A DNA stretch of 26,427 nt, from NCBI GenBank assembly GCA_021325215.1, contig JAJPHO010000020.1, positions 1-26,427 on the forward strand. Direction: 5' to 3'. Numbering within the stretch: position 1 is the stretch's first letter; every line of letters begins with the position of its first letter. Shown here one piece after another: positions 8,413 to 19,051 of the stretch. The notes under the pieces are model-generated. The model had not been told where the DNA came from and made no database searches. It saw only the letters and a list, made by a program, of their open reading frames with translations. The position numbers were made by a program, and so were the translations under genes. The DNA comes from Alphaproteobacteria bacterium (lineage in GTDB: Bacteria; Pseudomonadota; Alphaproteobacteria; Rhodospirillales; Magnetospirillaceae).

Positions 8413-9447
8413 ATGGAATACAGACAATTCGGCCGCTCCGGCCTCAAGGTGCCGGCGCTCAGCTTCGGCACCGGCACCTTCGGCGGCACCAACGAGTTCT
8501 TTCAGCGCTGGGGCCAGACCGATGTCGCCGAAGCCACGCGCATGGTCGATCTCTGCCTCGATTCCGGGGTCAATTTCTTCGACACCGCCGACGTCTATTC
8601 GAAGGGCGCCTCGGAGGAAATTCTCGGCCAGGCGCTGAAAGGCAAGCGCGATCGGGCGCTCATATCGACCAAGGGCACCTTCCCGATGGGCGACGGCGCC
8701 AACGACAAGGGCTCGTCGCGACATCACATCGTGCGCGCCGCCGAAGCAAGCCTCAAGCGCCTCGGCACCGATCATATCGATGTCTATTTCATGCATGGCT
8801 TCGACGCGCTGACTCCGGTCGAGGAGACCCTGCGCGCGCTCGACGACCTGATCTCGGCCGGCAAGATCGGCTATATCGGCGCCTCGAATTTCTCGGGCTG
8901 GCATCTGATGAAGGCGCTGGCCACCTCCGAGAAATACGGCCTGGCCCGCTATGTCGCCTATCAGGGCTATTACTCGCTGATCGGCCGCGATTACGAGTGG
9001 GAACTGATGCCGCTGGGCATCGACCAGGGCGTCGGGCTGATGGTGTGGAGCCCGCTCGGCTGGGGCCGCCTGACCGGCAAGATCCGCCGCGGCGAAAAAC
9101 CGGCCAGCGGCCGCATCGCCACCCAGGGCGGCGAACAGGGCGGCCCGCAGGTCGATGACGAGTATCTCTACAATGTCGTCGACGTGCTGGACGAGATCGC
9201 CAAGGAAACCGGCAAAACGGTCGCCCAGATCTCGCTGAACTGGCTGCTGTCGCGTCCGACCGTCGCCAACATCGTGGTCGGCGCGCGCACCGAGGACCAG
9301 CTGAAGCAGAATCTCGGCGCCATCGGCTGGTCGCTGTCGGCCGAGCAGATCGGACGCCTCGACGCCGCCAGCCGCACGCAGCCGATCTATCCCTATTGGC
9401 ACCAGATGGGCTTCGACGAGCGGAACCCGAAACCGACTAAGTGGTAA
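8413..9447 (+). CDS. Aldo/keto reductase family oxidoreductase
   Basis: 344 aa. MEYRQFGRSGLKVPALSFGTGTFGG ... NFFDTADVYSKGASEEILGQALKGKRDRALISTK ... GASNFSGWHLMKA is typical of AKR family proteins. Confidence 0.88.
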   Translation: MEYRQFGRSGLKVPALSFGTGTFGGTNEFFQRWGQTDVAEATRMVDLCLDSGVNFFDTADVYSKGASEEILGQALKGKRDRALISTKGTFPMGDGANDKGSSRHHIVRAAEASLKRLGTDHIDVYFMHGFDALTPVEETLRALDDLISAGKIGYIGASNFSGWHLMKALATSEKYGLARYVAYQGYYSLIGRDYEWELMPLGIDQGVGLMVWSPLGWGRLTGKIRRGEKPASGRIATQGGEQGGPQVDDEYLYNVVDVLDEIAKETGKTVAQISLNWLLSRPTVANIVVGARTEDQLKQNLGAIGWSLSAEQIGRLDAASRTQPIYPYWHQMGFDERNPKPTKW

Positions 9448-10363
9448 GAGCTGCCAAAGCTTCCCAGACCTCGTCCACTTCCAGTTGGGCGAGGTCGGGT
9501 TTGCGCAGGATGGCGACCCGGCCGCGCGGCGCGCACAGGGCCGGGTCGGATTCGTTCGAGAACAGCACCACCGAACGGCAGCCGGCAGCCGCCGCCAGAT
9601 GCATCGGCCCGGTATCGTTGCCGATCGCCGCCCAGGCCTGGCGGGCGATGGCGGGAATATCCAAAAGATCGGTATGGTCCGCCAGCGACATCGCCGTCTT
9701 GCTGGAGGCCAGCACCGCGTCGATGGCGTCCTTGTCCTCCCGGGTGCCGATAAGGACGCTGTTGATGCCCCGTTCACCCAATCGGCGGGCAATGGCGCCA
9801 TAGCGTTCGGCCGGCCAGCGCTTGGCGGCACGATGCGCCGCACCGCCCGGCACCATCAGCACGAATTTCTGCGGCAGGCGGAATTTCCGCAGATCGCGCT
9901 CGACCCAGGACAGATCCGGCAGCGGGGTCTCGAGAATGCCCGCCATCCGCAGCTGGTCGGCCTGACGGTCCAGCGTGTGCATGAGATCGCGGTCGGGATT
10001 GTCATGCGGATGCGAGGCGTTGGTGGCGATGCCCGACCACGGCGTGCCGGTATGCACGAGATGGAAATAGCGCGAGCTGCGTTCCGAGGTCTGCAGGTCG
10101 TAGACCATCTCGAACTTGGCCGAGCGCAGCATCTTCCTGAGACGCAGCATGCCCGGCACGTCCCACGGCTTGGGCCGCTGATCGACCCACACCTCGTCGA
10201 AATAGGGACTGGCCTTGGCCAGCGCCGCATAAGGCTTGGTGGTCAGCAGCGTGATCTTGGCATCGGGATGATGCGCGCGGATCGCCGCGAACGGCCCCAT
10301 CGCCTGGACGAAATCGCCCAGGGCGGAGAGCTTGATCACCAGAATCCTATGCTGGGGAGTCAT
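9437..10363 (-). CDS. Glycosyltransferase family 9 (ADP-heptose:LPS heptosyltransferase-like)
   Basis: Start taken at MTPQHRILVIKLSALGDFVQAMGPFAAIRAHHPDAKITLLT, the GT9 N-terminal signature. C-terminal GNDTGPMHLAAAAG motif. The upstream in-frame ORF extension is rejected. Confidence 0.8.
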   Translation of the reverse strand: MTPQHRILVIKLSALGDFVQAMGPFAAIRAHHPDAKITLLTTKPYAALAKASPYFDEVWVDQRPKPWDVPGMLRLRKMLRSAKFEMVYDLQTSERSSRYFHLVHTGTPWSGIATNASHPHDNPDRDLMHTLDRQADQLRMAGILETPLPDLSWVERDLRKFRLPQKFVLMVPGGAAHRAAKRWPAERYGAIARRLGERGINSVLIGTREDKDAIDAVLASSKTAMSLADHTDLLDIPAIARQAWAAIGNDTGPMHLAAAAGCRSVVLFSNESDPALCAPRGRVAILRKPDLAQLEVDEVWEALAALTT

Positions 10364-10433
10364 ACAGCCCTCAGACGCCGGGCGCGCATTCCATGCGCTT
10401 GGCTTGTCCGCTGCGCGTTTTCTGCGAACGCGC

Positions 10434-11612
10434 TCACGCCGCCTCGGTGCGCGGGGCCGCCAGGCCCAGCACTTCGGCATAGACCGCCAGGGTCCGCTCG
10501 CCCATCAGCTTGCGGGTGAAGTTCTCCCGCACGAAATCGATGGCCAGGCGGGCGCGCTCCTGCCGCTCGTCATGGCCGATCGCCAGCACGCGGTCGAGCG
10601 CCAAAGCCAGCGCGGCCGGGTCCTTGGGCGGAACCAGCAGGCCGGTCTGGCCATCCAGCACATTCTCGCGCCCGGCGCCATTGTCGGTGGCGACCACCGG
10701 ACGGCCCATGGCCTGGGCCTCGACGATGACGCGGCCGAAAGCTTCCGGGTCGGTCGAGGCCGACACCACTACGTCGGTCAGCATATAGGCCGCCGGCATG
10801 TCGTTGCAGTCGCCGACGATATGCACGACCTCGGACAGGCCGCGCCGGTTGATCAGCGCCTTCAGCTCGTCGGTATAGTCGGTGCGCCCCTGGTCGGAAC
10901 CGACCAGCAGGCAGCGGACATCCTTGCGGCCCAGCACGGCCAGCGCCTCGATCAGCACTTCCTGGCCCTTCCAGCGGGTCAGGCGGCCGGGCAGCATCAC
11001 CACGGGATAGCCGTCGGGCAGGCGCCAGCGCTGGGCCAGCTGGATGATGCGCTCCTGGCTGACCTTGGCGGGATCGAACTTGTCGATGTCGACGCCGCGA
11101 TGCACGACGCGGATCTTCTCGGGATCGGTGTGATAGACCGCCTGCATGTGCTCGGCGATGAAATGGCTGATCGCGATCACCCGCTCGCCCCGCGTCATGA
11201 TCGCGTTATAGGGCTGCTTGAGGTTGAACGGGCCGAGATTGTAAGTGCCGTGGAAGGTCGTCACGAAATGGGTGTGGGTGTTCTGCGCCGCGTAAAAGGC
11301 GCTCCAGGCCGGCGCGCGCGAGCGGGCATGAACGATGTCGACCTCATGGTCGCGGATCACCTTTTCCAGGCGCGCGATATTGTCCTTGATGACCCAGGGC
11401 TTCTTGCTGTGCACCGGCAATGGGATATGCTTCACGCCGAGCCGGTCGAGCTCGCGAACCATCGGACCGCCATTGGACACGACGAGGGGGGTCCAGCCCA
11501 CTTCGAGCATGCTGGCGGCCATATCGACGGTGCCGCGTTCGACGCCGCCGGTCACCAGGGAGGGCAGGACCTGCAGCACGACAGGGCTATGGGTACGGGC
11601 TTCCGTAGACAT
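10434..11612 (-). CDS. Glycosyltransferase family 4 (LPS core glycosyltransferase-like)
   Basis: 392 aa. N-terminal VLQVLPSLVTGGVERGTVDMA. GT4 E-x7-E region ASTDPEAFGRVIVEAQAMGRPVVATDNGAGRENV. Confidence 0.82.
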   Translation of the reverse strand: MSTEARTHSPVVLQVLPSLVTGGVERGTVDMAASMLEVGWTPLVVSNGGPMVRELDRLGVKHIPLPVHSKKPWVIKDNIARLEKVIRDHEVDIVHARSRAPAWSAFYAAQNTHTHFVTTFHGTYNLGPFNLKQPYNAIMTRGERVIAISHFIAEHMQAVYHTDPEKIRVVHRGVDIDKFDPAKVSQERIIQLAQRWRLPDGYPVVMLPGRLTRWKGQEVLIEALAVLGRKDVRCLLVGSDQGRTDYTDELKALINRRGLSEVVHIVGDCNDMPAAYMLTDVVVSASTDPEAFGRVIVEAQAMGRPVVATDNGAGRENVLDGQTGLLVPPKDPAALALALDRVLAIGHDERQERARLAIDFVRENFTRKLMGERTLAVYAEVLGLAAPRTEAA

Positions 11613-11633
11613 TTGTGAGGAAAAGAGACCTTT

Positions 11634-12398
11634 ATGACTGAATCGTGCGGGATATTAGCACGCGGCAACGGCACCACAATCGCCTACCGCCGGACCCCTG
11701 GAAAAAACCCCGGGATCGTGTTCATACACGGATTGCGCTCGGATATGAACGGGAACAAGGCGCTGGCCCTCGAAGCCCATTGCCGGGCCGAAGGCCGCGC
11801 CTTTCTTTGTTTCGACCTGACCGGCCACGGCGCCAGCTCGGGCAAATTCGAAGACGGCACCATCGGCACCTGGGCCGAAGATGTGGTGGCGGCGCTCGAC
11901 GAGCTGACCGAGGGCCCGCAGATTCTGGTCGGTTCCTCGCTCGGCGGCTGGCTGATGATCCTGGCCGCCCTGGCCCGGCCGCAGCGCGTCGTCGGATTGA
12001 TGGGACTGGCCGCGGCACCCGACTTCACCGAGGATCTGATCCATGCCGCCTTCTCGGACGCGCAGAAGGCGGAACTGGTGTCCCAGGGCCGGGTTCTGAT
12101 CGACGATTGCTATGGTTCCGAACCCTACGCCATCAGCCGCGGCCTGATCGAGGAGGCCCGTTCGCACCTGGTTTTGCGTGCACCGATCGACCTTTTGCAA
12201 CCTACAGTCCTGATTCAGGGACAGCGCGATGAGGATGTGCCGTGGCAGACTGCGTTGACGCTGGCCGATCGGCTGAATTCCAAGCAAGTGCAGGTTGTGT
12301 TACACAAAAATGGAAATCACCGTCTCAGCGAGCCGCAAGATCTTAAGTTGATACTTACAAATCTTGAGCATCTTATTTACATATTGACCCTCGATTGA
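11634..12398 (+). CDS. Alpha/beta-fold hydrolase
   Basis: 254 aa. Nucleophile elbow VGSSLGGW, HGxxS oxyanion region (IVFIHGLRSD) and a C-terminal catalytic His (GNHRL). The last about 35 codons lie in an unusually AT-rich stretch. Confidence 0.7.
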   Translation: MTESCGILARGNGTTIAYRRTPGKNPGIVFIHGLRSDMNGNKALALEAHCRAEGRAFLCFDLTGHGASSGKFEDGTIGTWAEDVVAALDELTEGPQILVGSSLGGWLMILAALARPQRVVGLMGLAAAPDFTEDLIHAAFSDAQKAELVSQGRVLIDDCYGSEPYAISRGLIEEARSHLVLRAPIDLLQPTVLIQGQRDEDVPWQTALTLADRLNSKQVQVVLHKNGNHRLSEPQDLKLILTNLEHLIYILTLD

Positions 12399-12460
12399 GG
12401 CCGTAACACAGCTTACAATTAAGGTAAAATCCAACCTAATTGCCGCATGGATCGCGTGTC

Positions 12461-13480
12461 ATGTCCGACCTCGCCGAAACTTCTTCGACTCCGGAACCCG
12501 AGCAGCGCACGCATGTCGAGCTCGACCATTGGTTCTTCCATAAGGTCGAGGGCATCCGTTTCCAGCTGCATCAGACCACCAGCCAGCCCGGCGTCACCAT
12601 CAACATGGCCAAGAACGAGGCCTTCCTGACGCTGGCCTCGCTGAAGAAGGAATTCGCCATCGAGCCCGTCTCGCCGGATGGGCTGATGCTGAACCAGATC
12701 GCGGACGGGCTGAAATATGTGAAGGGCCTGCTGATCGGCGACGAGTTGCCCAAGGAGATCCTGACCGGCGAGGCGTCGTGGGAACCGACCGCGATGCATG
12801 TCGCGATCGCCCATCAGCGCGTCGGCATGCGTCTGATCACCCTGGTCTCGACCGACGAGCCGACCACCACCGATCCCAAGGAGCTGCTGGCCCTGGCCGA
12901 CGACCCGGCCATCAAGAAGAAGATCAACGAGGCCTTCGAGGTCGCCGCCGTCGAACTCGGCATGCAGCGCGAGCAGAAGCAGGAAGTGATCGCCTTCGTC
13001 GATACCCTCGCCGGCGAGATGGCCTATATCGAATTCCTGCGCGAGAAGTTCATGCAGATGGACGCCGTCCGCGAGCGCGTCCAGAAGGTGCGCACGCTGC
13101 ACAGCCGCACCCCGTCTATCCGCGAGAGCTCGGACCAGGTGGCCCGCCTGATGGAGCGCGCGGTTAAGGAATATCAGGCGATGTTCGACGCCATCGACGA
13201 ACGCACCAGCTCGGTGGTGCCGCTGCTGCGCGATATCGACGAGTCGATCGAGTATATCCGCCGGGTGCGCGACGACCTGCATGTCCGCTTCATGGCCTGG
13301 GACGACGTGCTGAAGGAATGGCAGCCGATGGTCGAATATTCCTTCAAGATCAACGATCTGCTGCGCACCACGCACCAGTTCCTGGCGCCGCGCTTCATGA
13401 GCTTCACCGACTGGACCGCCATCGCCCGCGAGGAGCAGAAGCGCCGCGCCAAGCTCAAGGTCCAGCCGATGGCGTGGTGA
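12461..13480 (+). CDS. Conserved hypothetical protein, predicted soluble and largely alpha-helical; no family recognised
   Basis: A 339-aa ORF with genome-typical GC3 codon bias and no transmembrane segment or signal peptide. It carries acidic/helical segments such as ELLALADDPAIKKKINEAFEVAAVELGMQREQKQ. Start taken at ATG 12461 (MSDLAETSS). Confidence 0.55.
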   Translation: MSDLAETSSTPEPEQRTHVELDHWFFHKVEGIRFQLHQTTSQPGVTINMAKNEAFLTLASLKKEFAIEPVSPDGLMLNQIADGLKYVKGLLIGDELPKEILTGEASWEPTAMHVAIAHQRVGMRLITLVSTDEPTTTDPKELLALADDPAIKKKINEAFEVAAVELGMQREQKQEVIAFVDTLAGEMAYIEFLREKFMQMDAVRERVQKVRTLHSRTPSIRESSDQVARLMERAVKEYQAMFDAIDERTSSVVPLLRDIDESIEYIRRVRDDLHVRFMAWDDVLKEWQPMVEYSFKINDLLRTTHQFLAPRFMSFTDWTAIAREEQKRRAKLKVQPMAW

Positions 13481-14285
13481 GCGCCGTCAGGCCTTCGCGA
13501 TAGGTCGGATAGCGCAGGCTTATTCCCAGCTCGCGCTTCATCAGCCGATTATCCACCCGCTTATTGTCGTTCCAGAAGGTCAGCGCCATCGCGCTCAGTT
13601 CGGCCTTCTCGAAGGGAATCTCCGGTGGCGGCTCGACGCCCAGCAACCGGCAGCCGAATTCGATCACTTCGGCGGGCGGCGCCGGTTCATCGTCGCAGAC
13701 ATTGAGGATCGGCGCCGTGCTGTTCTGCGTCATCGCCGCCAGCAGGATCGCCGCGATGTCCTCGACATGGATACGGCTGAACAGCTGGCCCGGCCTGACG
13801 ATGCGCCGCGCCGTGCCAGCCTTTATGTCGTCGAGCACGCTGCGGCCCGGGCCATAGATGCCAGCCAGGCGGAAGACCTGCACCGTCACACCCCTAGCCG
13901 CGCCGAAATCGAGCCAGTCGCGCTCCGCCCGCTCGCGCCGCCGCGCGCGGTCGGAGGTCGGCGCGGTCGCCGTGCCCTCATCGACCAGGGCGCCGCCATG
14001 ATCGCCATAGACGCCGGTGGTCGAGAGATAGCCGATCCAGCGCAGATTGGGCGCCGCCGTCAGGGCCGCGCGATAGCGCAGCAAGGCCGGATCGCCGGCT
14101 TCTTCGGGCGGGATCGACAGTAACAGGTGGGTGATGTCGGTGAAATCGATGGCCTCGCCGAAGATCTGGGTGTTGTCCCTGCCATCTTCCCGCCGCACTG
14201 TCCCGGCAACCTGCCACCCGTCCGGCAGAGCGCGGGCCAGATGGTCCGCCGTATAGCCATAGCCGAAACAGAACAGGTTGTTCAT
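13455..14285 (-). CDS. NAD(P)-dependent epimerase/dehydratase-like SDR family protein
   Basis: 276 aa from MNNLFCFGYGYTADHLARAL (a glycine-rich nucleotide-binding turn). It has an extended SDR signature, including GYLSTTGVYGDHGG. Confidence 0.65.
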   Translation of the reverse strand: MNNLFCFGYGYTADHLARALPDGWQVAGTVRREDGRDNTQIFGEAIDFTDITHLLLSIPPEEAGDPALLRYRAALTAAPNLRWIGYLSTTGVYGDHGGALVDEGTATAPTSDRARRRERAERDWLDFGAARGVTVQVFRLAGIYGPGRSVLDDIKAGTARRIVRPGQLFSRIHVEDIAAILLAAMTQNSTAPILNVCDDEPAPPAEVIEFGCRLLGVEPPPEIPFEKAELSAMALTFWNDNKRVDNRLMKRELGISLRYPTYREGLTALTTPSAGP

Positions 14286-14322
14286 TCTTGCATCGTCTCC
14301 ATTTCCGGTTATTTGTACCGCC

Positions 14323-15102
14323 ATGCGCCATTTTCTAGTCGTGACGACAGCGTTTTTGGCCTCCTTCCCCGTCTGGGCCGACGAGGCCCCGGTGAAAGAC
14401 CCAGAGAGCGCCCGACAATACCAGCATTGCATCACGCTGGCCCGCACCAACCCCGAGGAAGGCTATCAGGAAGGCCTGGCCTGGGCCTCGCTGGGCGGCG
14501 GCGAAGCGGCACGCCATTGTCAGGCGGTCGCCATGATCGGCAAGCGCCAATTCGAGGAAGGCGCCGGCAAGCTGGAAATGCTGGCCCGCGACAGTCATGC
14601 CGCGGCGCGCATCCGCGCCGGCATGTGGGCCCAGGCCGGCCAGGCCCGGTTGCTGGCGCACCAGCCCGACCAGGCCTTCACCGATCAGAGCGCCGCCCTG
14701 GCCCTGGTTCCCGGCGCCCCCGATTTGTTGGTCGACCGCGCCCAGTCCCAGGCCGAACAGAAGGATTACGTGGGCGCCAAGCGCGATCTCGACGAAGCCC
14801 TGGCCGCCACGCCGGACCGCGTCGACGCCTTGACCTTCCGCGCCACCGCCAAGCGGTACCTCAACGACATGCCCGGCGCGAAAGCCGATATCCTGCGCGC
14901 CCTGACCCTGGACGATCACTATCAGGACGCCTGGCTCGAGGACGGGATCGAGAAGCGCATGGAAGAAGACAATGAAGGCGCCCGCCATTCCTGGACCAAT
15001 GTCATGTCGCTGGCCCCGCAATCCGATGCCGCCGTCACCGCCAAACGCGACCTCGAATTGCTGGACGAAGCCAATGACGGGGTGTTAGAACAACCCAAAT
15101 GA
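14323..15102 (+). CDS. Secreted TPR-like repeat protein
   Basis: Signal peptide MRHFLVVTTAFLASFPVWA. Ala/Leu-rich helical repeats with W/Y/A-G spacing (EGLAWASLGGGEAARHCQAVAMIGKRQFEEGAGKLE ...). Confidence 0.55.
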   Translation: MRHFLVVTTAFLASFPVWADEAPVKDPESARQYQHCITLARTNPEEGYQEGLAWASLGGGEAARHCQAVAMIGKRQFEEGAGKLEMLARDSHAAARIRAGMWAQAGQARLLAHQPDQAFTDQSAALALVPGAPDLLVDRAQSQAEQKDYVGAKRDLDEALAATPDRVDALTFRATAKRYLNDMPGAKADILRALTLDDHYQDAWLEDGIEKRMEEDNEGARHSWTNVMSLAPQSDAAVTAKRDLELLDEANDGVLEQPK

Positions 15103-15244
15103 ACGCTTCGACCAGCCTTTTCGCGCTTCTGCGACTTCTTTGCCCGGCCTCTATGGGGGTCCGGGACATTGTGGCTGCACGCTCGATTTAAGGGCCGGGT
15201 CTCCTGAGCAGACCTCGCCCGCTGAGGTTTTCAGGAGAAAGTTC

Positions 15245-16906
<1,662 letters not shown>

Positions 16907-17115
16907 GGTTAAACTTTTATAACGGCCACAATAACCAGTGGCAACGGCGGTGCAAAAAGGATAATTTAAACAGTGTAGCAACCTCGAGCAGGAGGTCCGT
17001 CGAAACGTGGGTGTTCATTCCGCAAACCCGCCTGTCCGACGCCTGATGGCGCGCAATGAGCCACTGCCGCGCGCCAATCGTCTCGTTGCTGCATTTGCCG
17101 CAAGCCAATTGATGA

Positions 17116-17145
17116 AGCCTCCCGTCTCCGGGGGGCTTTTCTTTT
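17116..17145 (+). terminator. Rho-independent terminator (GC hairpin plus ttttctttt) 210 nt downstream of the leuA stop
   Basis: agcctcccgtctccggggggctttt cttttg: a GC-rich stem followed by a T-tract. Confidence 0.55.
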
Positions 17146-17169
17146 GACGCTCCCCTGATGGAGAACTTC

Positions 17170-17928
17170 ATGGCCAAGCGTACCCGTCAAGTCGCCTCAT
17201 CCAAATCCGAGAACAACGTCCACCCGCTGTATGGCTCCGCCGCCGGCCAACACGGAAATGCGGGGCATTGGAACCCCCTGAACGGAGAAGAGCAGCGCGA
17301 CCAGAGCTACGTGAAGAAGGTTCGGCCGATGAGCCCGAACCAGCATGTGTTGCTGGAGGCCATGCAGAGCCAGAATCTGGTGATGGCGCTGGGTCCGGCC
17401 GGCACGGGCAAAACCTATCTGGCGATCTCGGCCGCCGTCGAAGCGCTGGAAGCCGGCGAGGTGGGGCGCATCGTGCTGTCCCGCCCGGCGGTCGAAGCGG
17501 GTGAAAGCCTGGGCTTCCTGCCCGGCGACCTGCAGGAAAAACTGGCCCCCTATCTTCGCCCGCTCTATGACGCCCTGTCGGACCGCATGGGCGGCAAGCG
17601 CCTGCGCGCCTGCCTGGCCGACGGCTCGATCGAAATCGCGCCGGTGGCCTTCATGCGCGGCCGCACCCTCAACAATGCCTTCGTGGTGATCGACGAAGTG
17701 CAGAACTGCACCTACACCCAGATCAAGATGCTGCTGACCCGCCTGGGCTGGCACTCCACCATGGTGCTGACCGGCGACCCGGACCAGAGCGATCTTTTGC
17801 CCGGTCTGTCCGGGCTCGCCGACATCGCCGACCGCCTCTCCGTCGTGCCCGACATCTCGGTCGTGCGCCTAAGAGACATCGACATCGTCCGTCACCCGCT
17901 GGTGGCCTCGATGCTGACCGTCCTGTAA
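17170..17928 (+). CDS. phoH: PhoH-family ATPase
   Basis: The Walker A motif GPAGTGKTY, a Walker B motif at VVIDEVQN and the PhoH signature MVLTGDPDQSDL are all present. Start taken at ATG 17170, which has a GGAGA SD. ATG 17158 is the alternative. Confidence 0.88.
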   Translation: MAKRTRQVASSKSENNVHPLYGSAAGQHGNAGHWNPLNGEEQRDQSYVKKVRPMSPNQHVLLEAMQSQNLVMALGPAGTGKTYLAISAAVEALEAGEVGRIVLSRPAVEAGESLGFLPGDLQEKLAPYLRPLYDALSDRMGGKRLRACLADGSIEIAPVAFMRGRTLNNAFVVIDEVQNCTYTQIKMLLTRLGWHSTMVLTGDPDQSDLLPGLSGLADIADRLSVVPDISVVRLRDIDIVRHPLVASMLTVL

Positions 17929-17943
17929 GGACCAGCGCTCAAA

Positions 17944-17975
17944 GCCGCCCTTCCCGATCGGGAGGGCGGCTTTTT
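17944..17975 (+). terminator. Strong rho-independent terminator after phoH
   Basis: gccgcccttccc gatc gggagggcggc (11-12 bp GC stem) followed by ttttt. Confidence 0.75.
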
Positions 17976-17980
17976 ATCGC

Positions 17981-19003
17981 CTATACCGCGCCGGCCGCGA
18001 TCAGGCTTTCGGCGCAGGCGACCACCGCCTCCTCCGCCGTCCGGGGCTGCCAGCCGAGCTCCTTCCGCGCCTTGTCCGACAGGAATATGCGCCGCCGCCC
18101 CATGCCCGGCGTGACCGCCCGCAGGGCCGGATCGAACAAGGCGGCCAGCCGCAGCATGAAACCGGGCATCGCGCGGGTCGGCACCTTGGCCGCCTTGACG
18201 CCCAGCCGCGCCCGCAGGATGCGGGCTATGTCGGCCATCGACAGATAGGAACTGGCGGCGATGAAGCGCTGGCCGGCCGCCTCGGGCGCCAGCATGGCAC
18301 GCAGATGCAGGTCGGCGACATCGCGCACATCGACCACATTGAAGCCCAAGGGCGGCGTGCCTGGCATGCTGCCGGTCATCAGCCGCGACACCACCTGGGC
18401 CGAGCCGAGCGATTCGGCACTCATGACCGGCCCCAGCACGGCGGTGGGCAGGACGGTGACCAATTCGGTCCTGCCACCCTCCTTCGCCATGAAATCCCAC
18501 GCCGCGCGCTCGGCCAGGGTCTTGGACAGGCGATAGGCGGTCAGGCCGGGCTCGTTCGGATCGGTCCAGAAACTTTCGTCGGTGGCGCTGTCCGGACTGC
18601 GCTGGGCCGGCGAGCTGGCGGCGACCGACGACGTCATTACCACCCTTTTCACCCCCGCCTTCACGGCGGCACGCAGGACGCGCAGCGTGCCTTCGCGGGC
18701 CGGCACGATCAGGTCGTCCGGATTCTTCGGCATTTCCGCCCCCAGCGGCGAGGCGACATGCAAGACATAGTCGCAGCCCGCAACCGCTTCACCCCACCCC
18801 GCATCGCGCGTCAGGTCGGCGACCACGAACTCCAGCGCGGCGCCTTTCGGGCCGACGATGGGCGCCAATATGCCCCGCATCGCCGCCTCCTTCGCGGCGC
18901 TTCGCACCGTGGTCCGCACGCGGTAGCCGCGCTCCAGCAAGGCGGCGATGCACCATCCGCCGACGAAACCGGTCGCCCCGGTGACCAGAACCATTTCCGA
19001 CAT
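17981..19003 (-). CDS. NAD(P)-dependent epimerase/dehydratase-family reductase (aldehyde reductase / cinnamoyl-CoA-reductase-like SDR)
   Basis: 340 aa. VLVTGATGFVGGWCIAALLERGYRVRTTVR Rossmann motif. Tyr-Lys catalytic pair in the context TAYRLSKTLAE. Confidence 0.8.
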   Translation of the reverse strand: MSEMVLVTGATGFVGGWCIAALLERGYRVRTTVRSAAKEAAMRGILAPIVGPKGAALEFVVADLTRDAGWGEAVAGCDYVLHVASPLGAEMPKNPDDLIVPAREGTLRVLRAAVKAGVKRVVMTSSVAASSPAQRSPDSATDESFWTDPNEPGLTAYRLSKTLAERAAWDFMAKEGGRTELVTVLPTAVLGPVMSAESLGSAQVVSRLMTGSMPGTPPLGFNVVDVRDVADLHLRAMLAPEAAGQRFIAASSYLSMADIARILRARLGVKAAKVPTRAMPGFMLRLAALFDPALRAVTPGMGRRRIFLSDKARKELGWQPRTAEEAVVACAESLIAAGAV

Positions 19004-19019
19004 CTCACTTCTCCTTTGT

Positions 19020-19034
19020 CTGACTAGACAGTCA
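19020..19034. promoter_or_regulatory. Putative TetR operator (site B) CTGACTAGACAGTCA, 17 nt upstream of the SDR reductase start codon
   Basis: It differs at one position from the palindromic site upstream of the TetR gene itself. Confidence 0.55.
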
Positions 19035-19051
19035 TATATGAGTCCGAAAAA

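Noticed and set aside
9437-10480. N-terminal 39-codon extension of the GT9 ORF (MPKCWAWRPRAPRRR...)
   Set aside because: It is Arg-rich and non-conserved-looking, and it would overlap the GT4 gene end. The GT9 signature begins at the internal MTPQHRILVIKLSALGDF.
10332-11618. 428-aa plus-strand ORF
   Set aside because: Antisense to the GT4 and GT9 glycosyltransferases, with no signature of its own.
12288-12412. Possible inverted repeats TGTGTTAC ... GTAACACA flanking about 100 bp as a MITE-like element
   Set aside because: The arms are only 8 bp in an AT-rich context, and no target-site duplication is visible. This could easily be chance.
15103-15244. Leucine-rich leader peptide for leuA attenuation
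   Set aside because: The only small upstream ORF (MGVRDIVAARSI) contains no leucine codons, so classical peptide-mediated attenuation is not supported.
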